DNA of 61,571 bases, filler included. It is 15 parts of 15 records of this genome, joined end to end, with 100 filler letters (N's around TTAATTAATTAA, not from the genome) between each part and the next. Parts side by side here need not be neighbours in the genome. Positions count along the whole stretch, not along the records: positions 33,611 to 36,803 come from SRR7504441_17199; positions 36,904 to 41,994 come from SRR7504441_17201; positions 42,095 to 45,213 come from SRR7504441_17203; 12 more parts are not named here. One strand, 5' to 3'. The notes under the pieces were generated by a model that saw only the letters and a list, made by a program, of their open reading frames with translations, was not told the DNA's origin and did not search any database. Made by a program: the position numbers and the translations under genes. Positions 34,412-45,313 of this stretch are shown here, piece by piece. The stretch's first letter is position 1; every line of letters begins with the position of its first letter.

Positions 34412-34816
34412 GTATACTTGAGCTAGAGCTAGGGGTGAGGGCGGCTCCCACGGGCGCACCGGCCGGCCTGCGGGTCTGGGTTGTTGTTCAGCACCTGCAT
34501 CGCCGCTCACAACCGTTTTCGGATCATATCGCTTGATCATTCTGTGTGCATGCACATTCGCTCACTTGAAATTTATGGTCGTGTCACTAGTACTCGACGT
34601 GTACCAGCATAACACAATGTCAACGACTTTCATACGACTTTAAAACTCTCTATTGCGTTTAGTTCTAAGGCCGGCACGTTTATAGACGGTCGACGTTGAG
34701 TCTCTTAAGTACGCCTTGTTGTACAAGGCTATGTTAGTTGGAGGTATCAAAAAAAGTCCTCCGAATGGCTCACCTGCAGCTGATTTCACAACGTCCCACC
34801 TGACACCCGCGCGTGC

Positions 34817-36701
34817 ATGGATATCGAGGACTTTGAGGGCCCGGCGCCGGCTGTCCGGTCCGGCCCGAGCGGAGTCACCCGCCGGGCCACGCGAAGGGCC
34901 GAACAGGAGGCGCCGGGCGCCGGGGTCCCCGGGGTGCAGGGGGTGTATATAAAGACCTGGGGCTGCTCGCACAACCAGAGCGACTCGGAGTATATGGCTG
35001 GGCTGCTGGACCAGTACGGCTACCGGATGGTGGACAGCCCGGAGGCCGCCGACTGCGTGATCCTGAACAGCTGCACCGTGAAGAACCCGTCGCAGGACCA
35101 TTTTCTCAACACAGTCCGGCAACACGTGGACGCGGGCAAGCCGGTGGTGGCGGCCGGCTGTGTGTCCCAGGGAGAGCCGGACAATAAGTTTCTGCTGGGG
35201 GTGTCCGTCATCGGCACCAACCAGATCCACCGGGTGGTGGAGGTGGTGGAGCAGACGATGGCCGGGAACACAGTGCGCGGGGGGCGGGCGCGCTAAGGCT
35301 GGACAGGTCCGACTGCTCGGCCAGCGGGACCGGCCCACGCTAGATCTGCCCAAGATACGCCGGAACCCGAGGGTAGAGATCCTCACGATCAACACCGGCT
35401 GCCTCAACGCGTGCACCTACTGCAAGACCAAGCACGCGCGCGGCAAGCTCGGTGCGACCTCTGGCCGACTCGCAGCCGACGGCGGGGCAGGGAGTTACGC
35501 TGTGGATGACCTTGTCCAGCGGGCGCGGGACGCGGTGGCGGAAGGGGTGTGCGAGCTGTGGCTCACCTCCGAGGACACGGGGGCGTACGGTCGCGATATC
35601 GGGAGCACAATTGCTGAGCTGTTGTGGGAGATCGTGGATGTGCTACCGGAGCACGTGATGATGCGGCTCGGGATGACCAATCCGCCGTATATGCTGGCCC
35701 ACCTGGAGCAGATCGCCGAGGTGCTCAACCACCCGCGGGTTTATTCGTTCCTGCACGTGCCAGTCCAGTCTGGGAGTAATAAAGTGCTCGAGGCCATGAA
35801 GCGGGAATACACTGCGGAGCAGTTTGAGCACATCGTGGAGTACCTCCAGGAGAAGGTGCCCGGGATGACACTCGCCACGGATATCATTTGCGGCTTCCCA
35901 GGTGGGCCCGGGCTGGGCGGCGGCTGCTCAGCTGCACTGTCTCAGGTGAGACGGACGAAGACTTTGCACAGAGCATGCGGCTAATAGATAAATTCCAGTT
36001 CGCGATCATGAATTATACCCAGTTCTATCCCAGGCCGGGCACGCTTGCGGCCAAGATGCCCAAGGTGACGGCGGTCTGCGACTCGATTAACGGTTGGGCA
36101 GGTGCCTACCAAGGTGGCAAGGGCGCGGACCAAGCAGATCACTAACAGCTTTGAGAGCTGGGCGCCATATACTGGGATGGTTGGGAAGGTAGTGAGGGTG
36201 TGGATCACGGAGGAGATGGCGCGCGACAAGAAGCACATGATCGGGCACACCAAGAACTACGTGCAGGTGCTCCTGCCGCTCGATTCGTCCCTGTTTGGCT
36301 GCAGCTGCGATGCCAAGGTCTCCGGTCGCCCCGTGTTCTACCCAGCCGGGGGGGCAGGTACACTCCGCAGGCCGTTTCCATGTGATGGGTTCGGTCGTAC
36401 CCGGCTCGGTCCACAGTCGAACCCCGCTCGAGCCTGCGGTGGCCAGCTTGATATTGAGACCTTGAAGGGGTTGGTGCAGAGCCGAACGAGGGGCCAGCCG
36501 GTTGCATTCGAAGACGGCGGTGAGGACGACTACAGATCCGCGACCACAAGCGATGCGGACAAGAAGGTCGACAATGCCAGTGTAAAGACGATTCACATGC
36601 CGTCGGTGTCAACTGCCATGCTGCTAGCGTTGTGTGTGCTGATTTGGGGGTTGTTTTTGTTTGGTATGTGGCGCGTAGTCGGCCACAAGACGACAAGCTA
36701 G
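34817..36701 (+). CDS. CDKAL1: tRNA ms2t6A methylthiotransferase (radical SAM); several small introns
   Basis: MDIED...[89 protein letters not shown]-like [10 protein letters not shown]-terminal TM anchor. Confidence 0.95.
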
Positions 36702-36903
36702 CATTATGACCAGCGCATACGTATTCATACCATGGATGTATGATATAACTATAAATGATCGGTTTTATTAGTCGCGATAGTTTCTACACGACTAAGCGGC
36801 CGANNNNNNNNNNNNNNNNNNNNNNNNNNNNNNNNNNNNNNNNNNNNTTAATTAATTAANNNNNNNNNNNNNNNNNNNNNNNNNNNNNNNNNNNNNNNNN
36901 NNN

Positions 36904-37213
36904 TACTGCCACGTCCCAGCCTTTGATCACCGAGCCGCTGCGGCCAGCCGGTGAGCGGGGGGCGGCGGCGGCCGACCCACTTGCCCAGCTCGAACTTGAA
37001 CGGCTCGCCCCGGTCCCTGGACGAGTCGAACTGCTCGCCGCCCTGCGACAGCGTCCCGACATAGTGCACAGAGACCTCGTCGCCCTCCGACGGGCCGCCG
37101 GCGCCCGCCCCGGGCCGGAGGACCAGCTTGGTCACCCCGCCGTCCGGGGCCAGCTCGATCGGCTCGCTCGCAGACTGGTCGACACTGGTCGACACGTCCT
37201 CGTGAAACTCCAT
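36904..37213 (-). CDS. FKBP-type peptidyl-prolyl isomerase (FKBP4/ROF1-like), 5' fragment
   Basis: DGGVTKLVLRPG...GDEVSVHYVGTL...QFDSSRDRGEPFKFELG, intron, VIKGWDVAV. Confidence 0.92.
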
Positions 37214-37305
37214 GAGTGCTTCGGCTCTCGCAGTCGAAGCTTCCGTCCGTTATTTTTACGCAGGGGCTCCCGCCACGCCGCCAACTCGCGGCTGGGGAGC
37301 CGAGA

Positions 37306-38448
37306 ATGGCCTCTGGTTGTGCCGTGGGCATTCTGGATCTTCCGTATCCGCGGCCGCTGATCAAAGGGGTGCTAGTCCGGCGGCGGGACAGGTTCATCGC
37401 GGACATTGCGCTGGGGGAGCCGCCCACAGTCCAGGCTTGCCACTGCGTCAACTCCGGCCGGATGGAGGGCTTTAACTCCCCCGGGGCCACCGTCTGGGTG
37501 CTCCCGGCCGAGGGCAAGCGGCGGACCTTCGGCACATGGGAGCTGGTGCAGCTGGCGGCCGGTGCGGTGGTCTGCTCGACCAACACCGTGCGGCCAAACG
37601 CGATCGTGGGCGAGCTGCTGGCCCAGCGCCGGCTCAGAGGGCTCGAGGACTGGGCCGAGATGGCGGCCGAGCGGTCACACCCGCTGCCGCCTGCGGCGGT
37701 TGGTCCGCCGGGCAAGAAGAAGCCGGTGCGCTCTCGGTGCGACTGGTGGCTCAGGATGCCGTCGGGCGAGCAGCACTGGGTCGAGGTTAAGAACTGCCAC
37801 ATCCGGTACAACGACGGGTTTGGGTACTTCCCGGATTCGGTCTCCGAGCGGGCCACCAGGCACTGCCGCGAGCTGGCCGCGCTGGCCTCGCGGCCGGGGC
37901 ATCGAGCCACTGTGGTGTTCACAGTCCAGCGAGACGACGTCCGGCGAGGCGTGCGGCCGTCCGACTTCCACGACCCCACGTTCGCCGATGCCATGCGCGA
38001 GGCTGCCCGGCGGGGCGTGCGGTTCCGGGCGTTCCGGGTGGCGTGCGACGCTTGGTTTGGGAGTCGTGTAATGGAGGAGATTCCTGTCGATCTCGAGCCT
38101 TACGATCTGGTGGCGGCCGGGATCGAGCAGCAGTGGGAGGCTAGCCGGAGCACCACCGGATGGATTCGGACGTTTGGCAAGGACGGGCACAAACTGGTCG
38201 CAAACGGCGCCTTCGCTCACAACAAGAAGCGAAAGAAGCGAAAGCGGCCACAGGACATTGCCCCCTCGCCGGCGTCACCCTCATCCCCTTCAAATGAAGA
38301 GCAGGTTGCCCGGAAAAGCAAGTATTTCTGTTGTAGTCCCGATACTAAGTCTCTCGTGTCGCAAGCTGCGAACACGATAGACAAAAAGCGGCCCTCCACT
38401 CGCCAGTGGACCGCTGCCGTGTTCATCCCACATGCACGGCTCGACTGA
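37306..38448 (+). CDS. sfsA: SfsA family PD-(D/E)xK nuclease-like protein with a basic C-terminal extension
   Basis: RRDRFIADI, HCVNSGRMEG, PGATVWV, TNTVRPN, SRCDW.L, VEVKNCH, FPDSVSERATRHCREL, DPTFADAMREAARRGV. Confidence 0.88.
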   Translation: MASGCAVGILDLPYPRPLIKGVLVRRRDRFIADIALGEPPTVQACHCVNSGRMEGFNSPGATVWVLPAEGKRRTFGTWELVQLAAGAVVCSTNTVRPNAIVGELLAQRRLRGLEDWAEMAAERSHPLPPAAVGPPGKKKPVRSRCDWWLRMPSGEQHWVEVKNCHIRYNDGFGYFPDSVSERATRHCRELAALASRPGHRATVVFTVQRDDVRRGVRPSDFHDPTFADAMREAARRGVRFRAFRVACDAWFGSRVMEEIPVDLEPYDLVAAGIEQQWEASRSTTGWIRTFGKDGHKLVANGAFAHNKKRKKRKRPQDIAPSPASPSSPSNEEQVARKSKYFCCSPDTKSLVSQAANTIDKKRPSTRQWTAAVFIPHARLD

Positions 38449-38618
38449 GTTGCCTCACCTAATACTAAAGGCAATTGTGAGACTTCCACACGAGCACTAG
38501 ATACGAGTAAAATGCCATGAGTCATTGATTCATCACGATCATTCCTTCACGATTATATGAGCACTATATTAGGTATGCTATTCATGAGCCGCGGTGGAGC
38601 GGCACTAGTTGGACCGAC

Positions 38619-39273
38619 TCAGCAGATCGTTGCATCACAGTGCGCCACGGCCGGCGCGGCCCGCTCAGCCGCCACTGCTGCGGCCTTGGAGGCAGGCTGG
38701 ATCGGCGCCCGGGGCCGGACCGGTACATGTAGTGCGGTTCTAACCGCTCGTCGGCTCCCAGCTCGCCTAGCACCCCAGCCACAGATTGGCAGCCGGCTGC
38801 GCGCAGCATCCGGTCGATGGCCAGCAGCGGCGGTGTCCGCGTGTGCCGGAGCCCCTGGCCGAGTCTGTTTGGTCTGAGTCGCGCCCAGGCGGCGCACCGT
38901 GTCCACTCCCGCCCCGCCGCTGTCTGCGCGCCACTGGAGCTCGCGAATGGCCGTCTGGCGCTCGCAGGCCCTCACCTGCAGCGGCTGGCTGGGGAGTGGG
39001 CAGAGCGCGCCTGGTGCAGCTCGCGGGCGGACCGATCCACTGTGGCCGCCAGTTGCTGCCGGACCTGTCGCCAGGCTCGGGAAGCCGCCCGCCTTCGGCG
39101 CACCGCCGCAACGATTCGGGCGCCGGAAGCCAGGCCGAGGCTCTGGCCGGGGTACCCGATCGCCGGGGAGTCGACCAGGGTGCGGTTCAGGCCGGCCACC
39201 CGGGCGGCGTGGTGCGACAGCTTGGCCGGCTGCCGAGCCCAGCTCGGAGGCCGAGCTGGCCTGCCTGGAGCCA
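38619..39273 (-). CDS. Hypothetical spliced protein; exon structure uncertain
   Basis: GC-rich block between AT-rich spacers, with consecutive short frames separated by intron-like segments of about 35-40 nt. Confidence 0.35.
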
Positions 39274-39472
39274 TAGCGTCCGTTGTCCACTCCAAATCAA
39301 TCTCTATCGGTCAGCTGTCGGTGCCTAGGTGCCGGATGGGGAAGCAAGCGGGTGGAGGCGGGTGTTATCCCTACCGTTTGATAAGCTCGATAACACGTAA
39401 TAACAGGGTCGATGGGTTAAGCTTACCACGTAGAATATATATAATAATTATAATTATAGTCACGGTTGGCAG

Positions 39473-40252
39473 CTAGCTATAGGCCCGCCGTTGCATCGCT
39501 ACAATAGCCGCGCCCAGAGCGACCATTGCTGCCAGCTTGCTTACACGCGCCGCCCGCGCCGCACTCCGCCGCACGCGCGCTGAGTTGGGGCCCTCGGGCA
39601 AGTTTAGCACCTCAACTGCACCGCCCGATGCGACAAGCAGCTGCTCGAAGCTCTCACCTCGCACCCCGTCAGGCGGCGGGGTCCGGAAGGCGACCATTGC
39701 GGTCTGCCAGGCATCTCGGGTGGCGCTGGTGTCTGGCGAGAACTGCAAGCCCTCGCTGGTTCGGGACATGCAGGGCAGCGGCGGCAGCCGGGCGTAGTCG
39801 GCGGAGGGCCAGTCTGTGGCGAAAACCCGGAAGCACGGTGCTGGCTGGCGGTCTCCGGTGATGAGCGGGCAGAATTCCGGGAAGGCGAGCACGACGTTGC
39901 CGTTATAGCCGGTGTGATCGACGCACAGCAGCGTATCGCAGCAGCGGGACACCATGTTGGTGCTCTTACTGTCCGCCCGCAGCTTGTTGAAGCGCAGTTG
40001 TGTAGGCAGCCCGCTCAGCACCAGCCGGTTGAGGAAGTAGCGCAGCAGCAGCGGCCTGCCGGAGCCATGCGCCTCGAGCCCAGTCGGGGGCGCCACCCCG
40101 GCCCGGTGACAGGACCACAGGTTTTTGTCGTAGCAGTCTACGCAGCAGCACTCGAATGCGTTGACGCTGCGCGCGGTGCTGAAGGTCAATCTGATCGCGC
40201 CGCACCGGCAGCCGATCGAGGCGGCCGAGGCCGCCCCGCAGTTGTTCGCCAT
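39473..40252 (-). CDS. GFA/CENP-V-like zinc-binding protein with a C-terminal TM segment
   Basis: GCRCGAIRL, ECCCVDC, SRCCDTLLC Cys pattern; hydrophobic tail. Confidence 0.6.
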   Translation of the reverse strand: MANNCGAASAASIGCRCGAIRLTFSTARSVNAFECCCVDCYDKNLWSCHRAGVAPPTGLEAHGSGRPLLLRYFLNRLVLSGLPTQLRFNKLRADSKSTNMVSRCCDTLLCVDHTGYNGNVVLAFPEFCPLITGDRQPAPCFRVFATDWPSADYARLPPLPCMSRTSEGLQFSPDTSATRDAWQTAMVAFRTPPPDGVRGESFEQLLVASGGAVEVLNLPEGPNSARVRRSAARAARVSKLAAMVALGAAIVAMQRRAYS

Positions 40253-40326
40253 CTCGCTACGGCCGCCGATCGAGGCCGAGCGAGGAGCCCGCGGGGCACT
40301 GCTTTTTAATAACGGACTTTACTCTG

Positions 40327-41517
40327 ATGGCAACAGCAGCCGGGCGCTGGAGCGAGTTCCCTCTGGACCGGCTGCGGGCCACTTACTTTGACTCCCCAGG
40401 CGACCTGAGCTGGCGGGCCAGCGGCGAGCTCCCGGCCGAGCTGCAGCTCCGGATCCAGGCCGACGCCCGGCCCGCCGGTACAATGCTGGTCCGGTCGCCG
40501 TCGGACGGGGTCTACTTTCACAAATCGAGGGAGGGGCTGGAGAAGTTCGTTGCAACGGACTGGGCAGCGGTCGGACTGGAGGCGGCACTGCCTAGAGTGC
40601 TCCGCCAGCGGCTGATTTGCCCACGGGACTGGTACCGCCAGCAGCTGCCGTACGCACTGCTCTGCCTGCACCCGGCCGTGGCCGGACCCGGCGAGCCTGT
40701 GATCGAGGGCGCCCGGCTGGTGATGATCAGCGCGGACCTGTTCTACGAGCACGCGCCGTCGGCCAGCGCGGTGCTGCTCTGGGGGCTCGGGTTGCTCACC
40801 AAGAGCGAGCTGTTCACGATCGACGGCGCCGACTGCAACTTTCACGGGTTTCGGTTCGCCAACCGGGACGACTCGCTAGTTTATTGGTGCCTGTGCAACA
40901 ACCAGATGCTAGCGCTGCCCGAGCTGGATCTGCTGCCGGTGCAGTACACGCTGGGGGCTGACGCAACTGGGGCCGCCGCTCTGCACATGCACGACCGCTT
41001 CAGCCTGGCGGCCCGGGAGGCGGCCGTGCGAGCTTCGGGCCGCGGGGAGGATCCGTTGCTGGCCGCGTGCAGTGTCGACGTGCTGCCCGGGCTGGCAGGG
41101 GAGCCGTCCGGGCTGAGGCTTGTGCGAGTGGAGGACTTCAGAGGCAAGCCGCTGCTCCAAGGCATGTTCTACAACCTCGCCGAGCTGCTCCAGGCCGCCG
41201 GCGCCAGCACCGCCGGACCGTTTGTGCTGTGCAGCCGGTCGCATCCGCTAGCCGACTACCCGACCGCCGGAGAGAGTCGCAGACCGTTCCTGCACTCACT
41301 AGATGGCTACCTACAGCAAGCGGCCGGGCGGCTCGGGATGGAAAGGTTCGGCGGGGACCCAAGCCAGCCGATCGTGTTCGTGCTGAGCGTGGGCGCCGGC
41401 TGGGTCGGTCCAGCCACTCTGAGTATTGAGCCCTCGCTTGGTAGCCTCAAGAGCCTGGCCGACGGCGAGCTACACGTAGACGAGGCATTCGCCAGGCTGG
41501 CTAAAATGCTAAATTAA
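40327..41517 (+). CDS. Hypothetical protein (396 aa, apparently intronless)
   Basis: Long ORF with GC3-rich codons between short AT-rich spacers; no family recognised. Confidence 0.65.
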   Translation: MATAAGRWSEFPLDRLRATYFDSPGDLSWRASGELPAELQLRIQADARPAGTMLVRSPSDGVYFHKSREGLEKFVATDWAAVGLEAALPRVLRQRLICPRDWYRQQLPYALLCLHPAVAGPGEPVIEGARLVMISADLFYEHAPSASAVLLWGLGLLTKSELFTIDGADCNFHGFRFANRDDSLVYWCLCNNQMLALPELDLLPVQYTLGADATGAAALHMHDRFSLAAREAAVRASGRGEDPLLAACSVDVLPGLAGEPSGLRLVRVEDFRGKPLLQGMFYNLAELLQAAGASTAGPFVLCSRSHPLADYPTAGESRRPFLHSLDGYLQQAAGRLGMERFGGDPSQPIVFVLSVGAGWVGPATLSIEPSLGSLKSLADGELHVDEAFARLAKMLN

Positions 41518-41554
41518 CGCGCTTCAATCGTGCCTAATGCCAGCTAGCCGGGGG

Positions 41555-41994
41555 CTATTGGTCGGACATCTCGGCCAGCGGGTTGGCGTGTATGCTGACT
41601 GCCTTGATTACGATATCCGTGATCGGCCTATCCTTGGCGCCCACCTGCGCCTTCTCCATGCAGTCGAGCGTGTCCCAGCCGTGCAGCACCCTGCCGCCCG
41701 GTCGGCCAGTCCACGGCCCGGGGGGCACCGTCCGAACACGGAGTGCTTCTTGTCCAGGTGCGACTGCTTGGCGTAAATGATGTAAAACTGGGATCCGTTG
41801 GTGTTCGGCCCGGAGTTGGCCATCGCCAGCACCCCCCGCTCGCTGTGCTTCAGGTTCTCCCGCACCTCGTCCTCGAACTTGCCGCCCCAAATGCACTCAC
41901 CCCCCTTGCCGGTACCTGCCTGGCTTCCGGACCACCCGGCGAGGGCAAGCACCAGTGGGGTCGCCGCCCTGTATCATGAAGCTGCGCATGTTCC
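41555..41994 (-). CDS. PPIL3: Cyclophilin PPIL3/Cyp10-like, 3' part; 2 introns
   Basis: [26 protein letters not shown]...[23 protein letters not shown]...[23 protein letters not shown]...RP...IHANPLA. Confidence 0.9.
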
Positions 41995-42706
41995 NNNNNN
42001 NNNNNNNNNNNNNNNNNNNNNNNNNNNNNNNNNNNNNNTTAATTAATTAANNNNNNNNNNNNNNNNNNNNNNNNNNNNNNNNNNNNNNNNNNNNCCGGTT
42101 GGCTAACTCCACCGATTGTCCTTCGCATGGTGCATGGGCCGTGACGGGCACTGGTCATCGGCCGAGCGACCGACCATCGCAATTGCAACGGAAAGAGCCC
42201 CTCTAACAGACTTTACAGACTTTACAACAGACTTTAAGGTGCGATTTCAAAATGTCACACTTGCTCGGCCGGGGCCACGGGTCCTAACTCGGCATGCCCC
42301 GGGGTGGCCGAAGTCGCGTCACCGTCTGAATCCATCGCCACTACATGTGGGTCGGCTATTTCTTCGGACTCTATCGTTTCGCAGCACACAATCCCGAGGC
42401 ACATGCAGAGTGACGTCAGCCGTTTGCTCGTTACATTGAATGCCTCCTTCCGTGGGGTCTGCCCGCCATCAGAGGCAAGCCGCTCAGCGGGGCACTTCGG
42501 GTGTCTTGGGTGCCGGGAGCCGGATTGTTTCGCTGCCCACTATCCAAGGAGCAAGCACGCCCCCCCGAGCAGTCAGCGTGGCCCCATCAGATACGCCACA
42601 CGCCTGCCGGTCACAGCTTGGCGGCACGGCTGACGCTGCGGTACCTTAATCGTCTGAACCGATCCACTCAAAGTTGGATCCGCTAGAGACACCGCTGCAT
42701 CCAGCC

Positions 42707-43978
42707 TTACACCAGCGCGATTGGGTGGCCCTGACCTCCCATGTAAAGCTCCACAGCACCCAACGGGCGTGCTTTGGTCAGCAATGGCTCCTGGGGAGCT
42801 TCGAGCGTTGTGCCGTTAGTGTAAGCGATTAGGTCAGTGTACGGAGCTGCAAGCTGCCGGCTGAGATAGGACGCCTCGAGTGTGTCTAGAATCTCCAGAT
42901 CGATCTTGGCGCCTTCGCTGTCTTGCAGCTTGACCCGCAGAGGCCTGAAATACGCCCAGCTCGGATGATAATCAGCCATCCGGGCCGACCTTCCGCTGTT
43001 CATACGCTCGACGGAGGCAGCCAGCGCAGCGTGCTCGTGCACTGCAGCCTGGTACTCGCCCTGGTTGCACTCGGTGTGATCCTTGACCTCGGACCATCGC
43101 ATGGGAAGGCAGGTGATATCGTGGCAGCAAAACAGGCAGCACTTGGACTTCCGGCAGTCCCTCAGGCAGGGCCCACATACCGGGCAGCAGAGCCACCTGT
43201 CCTCGGCTCAACACGGCCCGCGCAGCAAGCTACGGGTGGTTGTTCTGGAATACAACAGTCATCCGCCGCTGCCGGTAGATCTGACCCACGGTGCAACACA
43301 CCTAGCTCGGGTCAGCAATAGATATGAATACGTGTAGCAATAACTATGCATTGCACCCAGATCGGAGCGCAGCAATAAGCGTGCAGCCAATCCGGCTCGC
43401 AATCACGGCAGGATTCGAGGCAGGCGCACGCGCAATCGCCAGTAATGGGGCCGCACGGGCATCTGCCTATCGACGGCAGCCCCTCGGTGTTGCCGGCGTC
43501 CCTGGTCCTGGCCCAGTAGACTGCTTGCTTCACCATCCCCTCGTCGTCGAGGCAGGCGCACGCGTCCAGACCGTAGAGCACCGGCAGGATCATGCAGCCC
43601 ACCGTGCTGTACAGACAGCACTCGGTCTGGTGGGCCATCCGGGAGCTGCCCCGCCACTGCCCGCTATAGTCTCCCATCCCCTCCATCCCCACTCGCACCA
43701 TCATCAGGCCCATGAGCGGGTTGAGAGTGGCCACCAGGCAGCAGCACACATCCTCCAGTCCGGCAAGGTTGCAGCTGCCACACGGGCAGAGCAGCCCGGA
43801 ACTCCAGCCGCGCGTGCCACCTGCCCAGCGGGTTGGGCACATGGCGGGCAGGGCGATCACAGTGGCACAGCGGGTTGGCGCAGAACAGGTTGGCGAGCGA
43901 GCAGCAGCACGGGCAGCACGCTCCGGGCACCTCGCACTCAAACCCGCTCCGGGCGTGGGTCACGCACTGGTCTATCAT
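42707..43978 (-). CDS. Cys-rich PLAC8-like membrane protein with a C-terminal extension; spliced, 3' end probably extends below 42707
   Basis: WSSGLLCPC...CCCL, CCAP..., CTVGQIYR motifs; several intron-sized frame shifts. Confidence 0.45.
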
Positions 43979-44164
43979 CGGCTCGGCGCGGAGCACTCCC
44001 TGATCGCCGGGCCTCCTGTCAGTTGGTTTTTGTCGTTAGGCCAGGAACAACTTAGGGATCCCTTCCACTGCCCCTTGCATGGCATTGCGCGCAGGTGTAC
44101 GCGCACCGGCGAGGGCTGTGCCGGGTACACTGGGGCTCAGGGGCATGTGAGCCAGCCGCTGGCA

Positions 44165-45213
44165 ATGGCAACCAGCCCCGAGACCACCGCGAAGAAGAAG
44201 GACCGTGGGTTCATAGCCAAGTCCTGGCTGGGGGTGACAGTGCTGAGCCGGGGCAGGTATGAGACCCAGATCGAGATGGACCGGCTGGAGGAGCAGGTGG
44301 CAAAGATCCCTGAGATGGAGGCCGAGATCGCCCGGCTGCTCATGGAGCTCAAGAAGCGGCCACCGGTTCAGTCGGGTGGGGCGAAGGAGGAGGAGGCCAA
44401 GAGTCAGCAGAAGAAGCAGATGCAGGGCGGGGGCGAGACTGAGTGGAACATCATGAGCATGTCCGGGGAGATGGAGCGGATGGAAGGACAGATGAACCAG
44501 CTGCAGGAGCAGATGCAGGGCGAGCGAAAGAAGGCCGCAGGTGGCCCGGGCTGCACGCGACCGCTGACCCGCGGTGCAGGCGAGATCGCCGGGCTGAAGG
44601 AGGAGTACAAGAGGCTGGCTGCTGAGATGCAGGAAGCTATAGGGCTGCGTGATGCCACAATTGAACAGCTGAATAAACAGCTGGAAGAGCTCAAAGAGCA
44701 GCTCCAAGAGGCACAGGGCGAGACCAGCATGGCACAGGGAGAAATCGATGATCTCAAGAGGCGAATGGCTGAGCAGATGAGCGCGTTGCAGGCGGCCAAC
44801 GCTGAAATCACTGATCTGAAGTCGGAGAACGAAGCCATCAAAGCACAGCAACTGGCTTCGGAAGCAAGCAAAGCTGCCGATGATGACCGAATCCGAGAAT
44901 TAGAGGCCGCATTGCAGAAGGCCCAGGAAGAGGCGGATGGTTTGAAATCGCGGCTTGATGCCGAGGAAGCCAAGGGCACAGAGGAGGCTAAGGCGAATGA
45001 GGCGGCTCTCAGTGCCGCGAGGGCAGAGCACGAAGCTGAGAAGGCTGCACTTGAGGATCAGATTAAAGGATTGGAGGCCCAGGCAGCATCCTTGCAAGAC
45101 GAACTTGATGCTGCAAAACAAAGAATCCGCGAACTGGAGGAGGAGATTCAAGCCCTGAAAACGAAAACAAAAGACCTCGAAAAAGAATTAGGAGCAGCGG
45201 TGGAAAAGCTGGC
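44165..45213 (+). CDS. Coiled-coil protein, 5' part
   Basis: E/K/Q/A-rich heptads from MATSPETT to the contig end. Confidence 0.75.
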
Positions 45214-45313
45214 NNNNNNNNNNNNNNNNNNNNNNNNNNNNNNNNNNNNNNNNNNNNTTAATTAATTAANNNNNNNNNNNNNNNNNNNNNNNNNNNNNNN
45301 NNNNNNNNNNNNN

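Noticed and set aside
42206-42236. Short tandem duplications (ACAGACTTT x3 here; TAATACCGTCC x2 at 14341; ATCGGTAAT x2 near 55709)
   Set aside because: Ordinary slippage repeats with no spacer structure or other support
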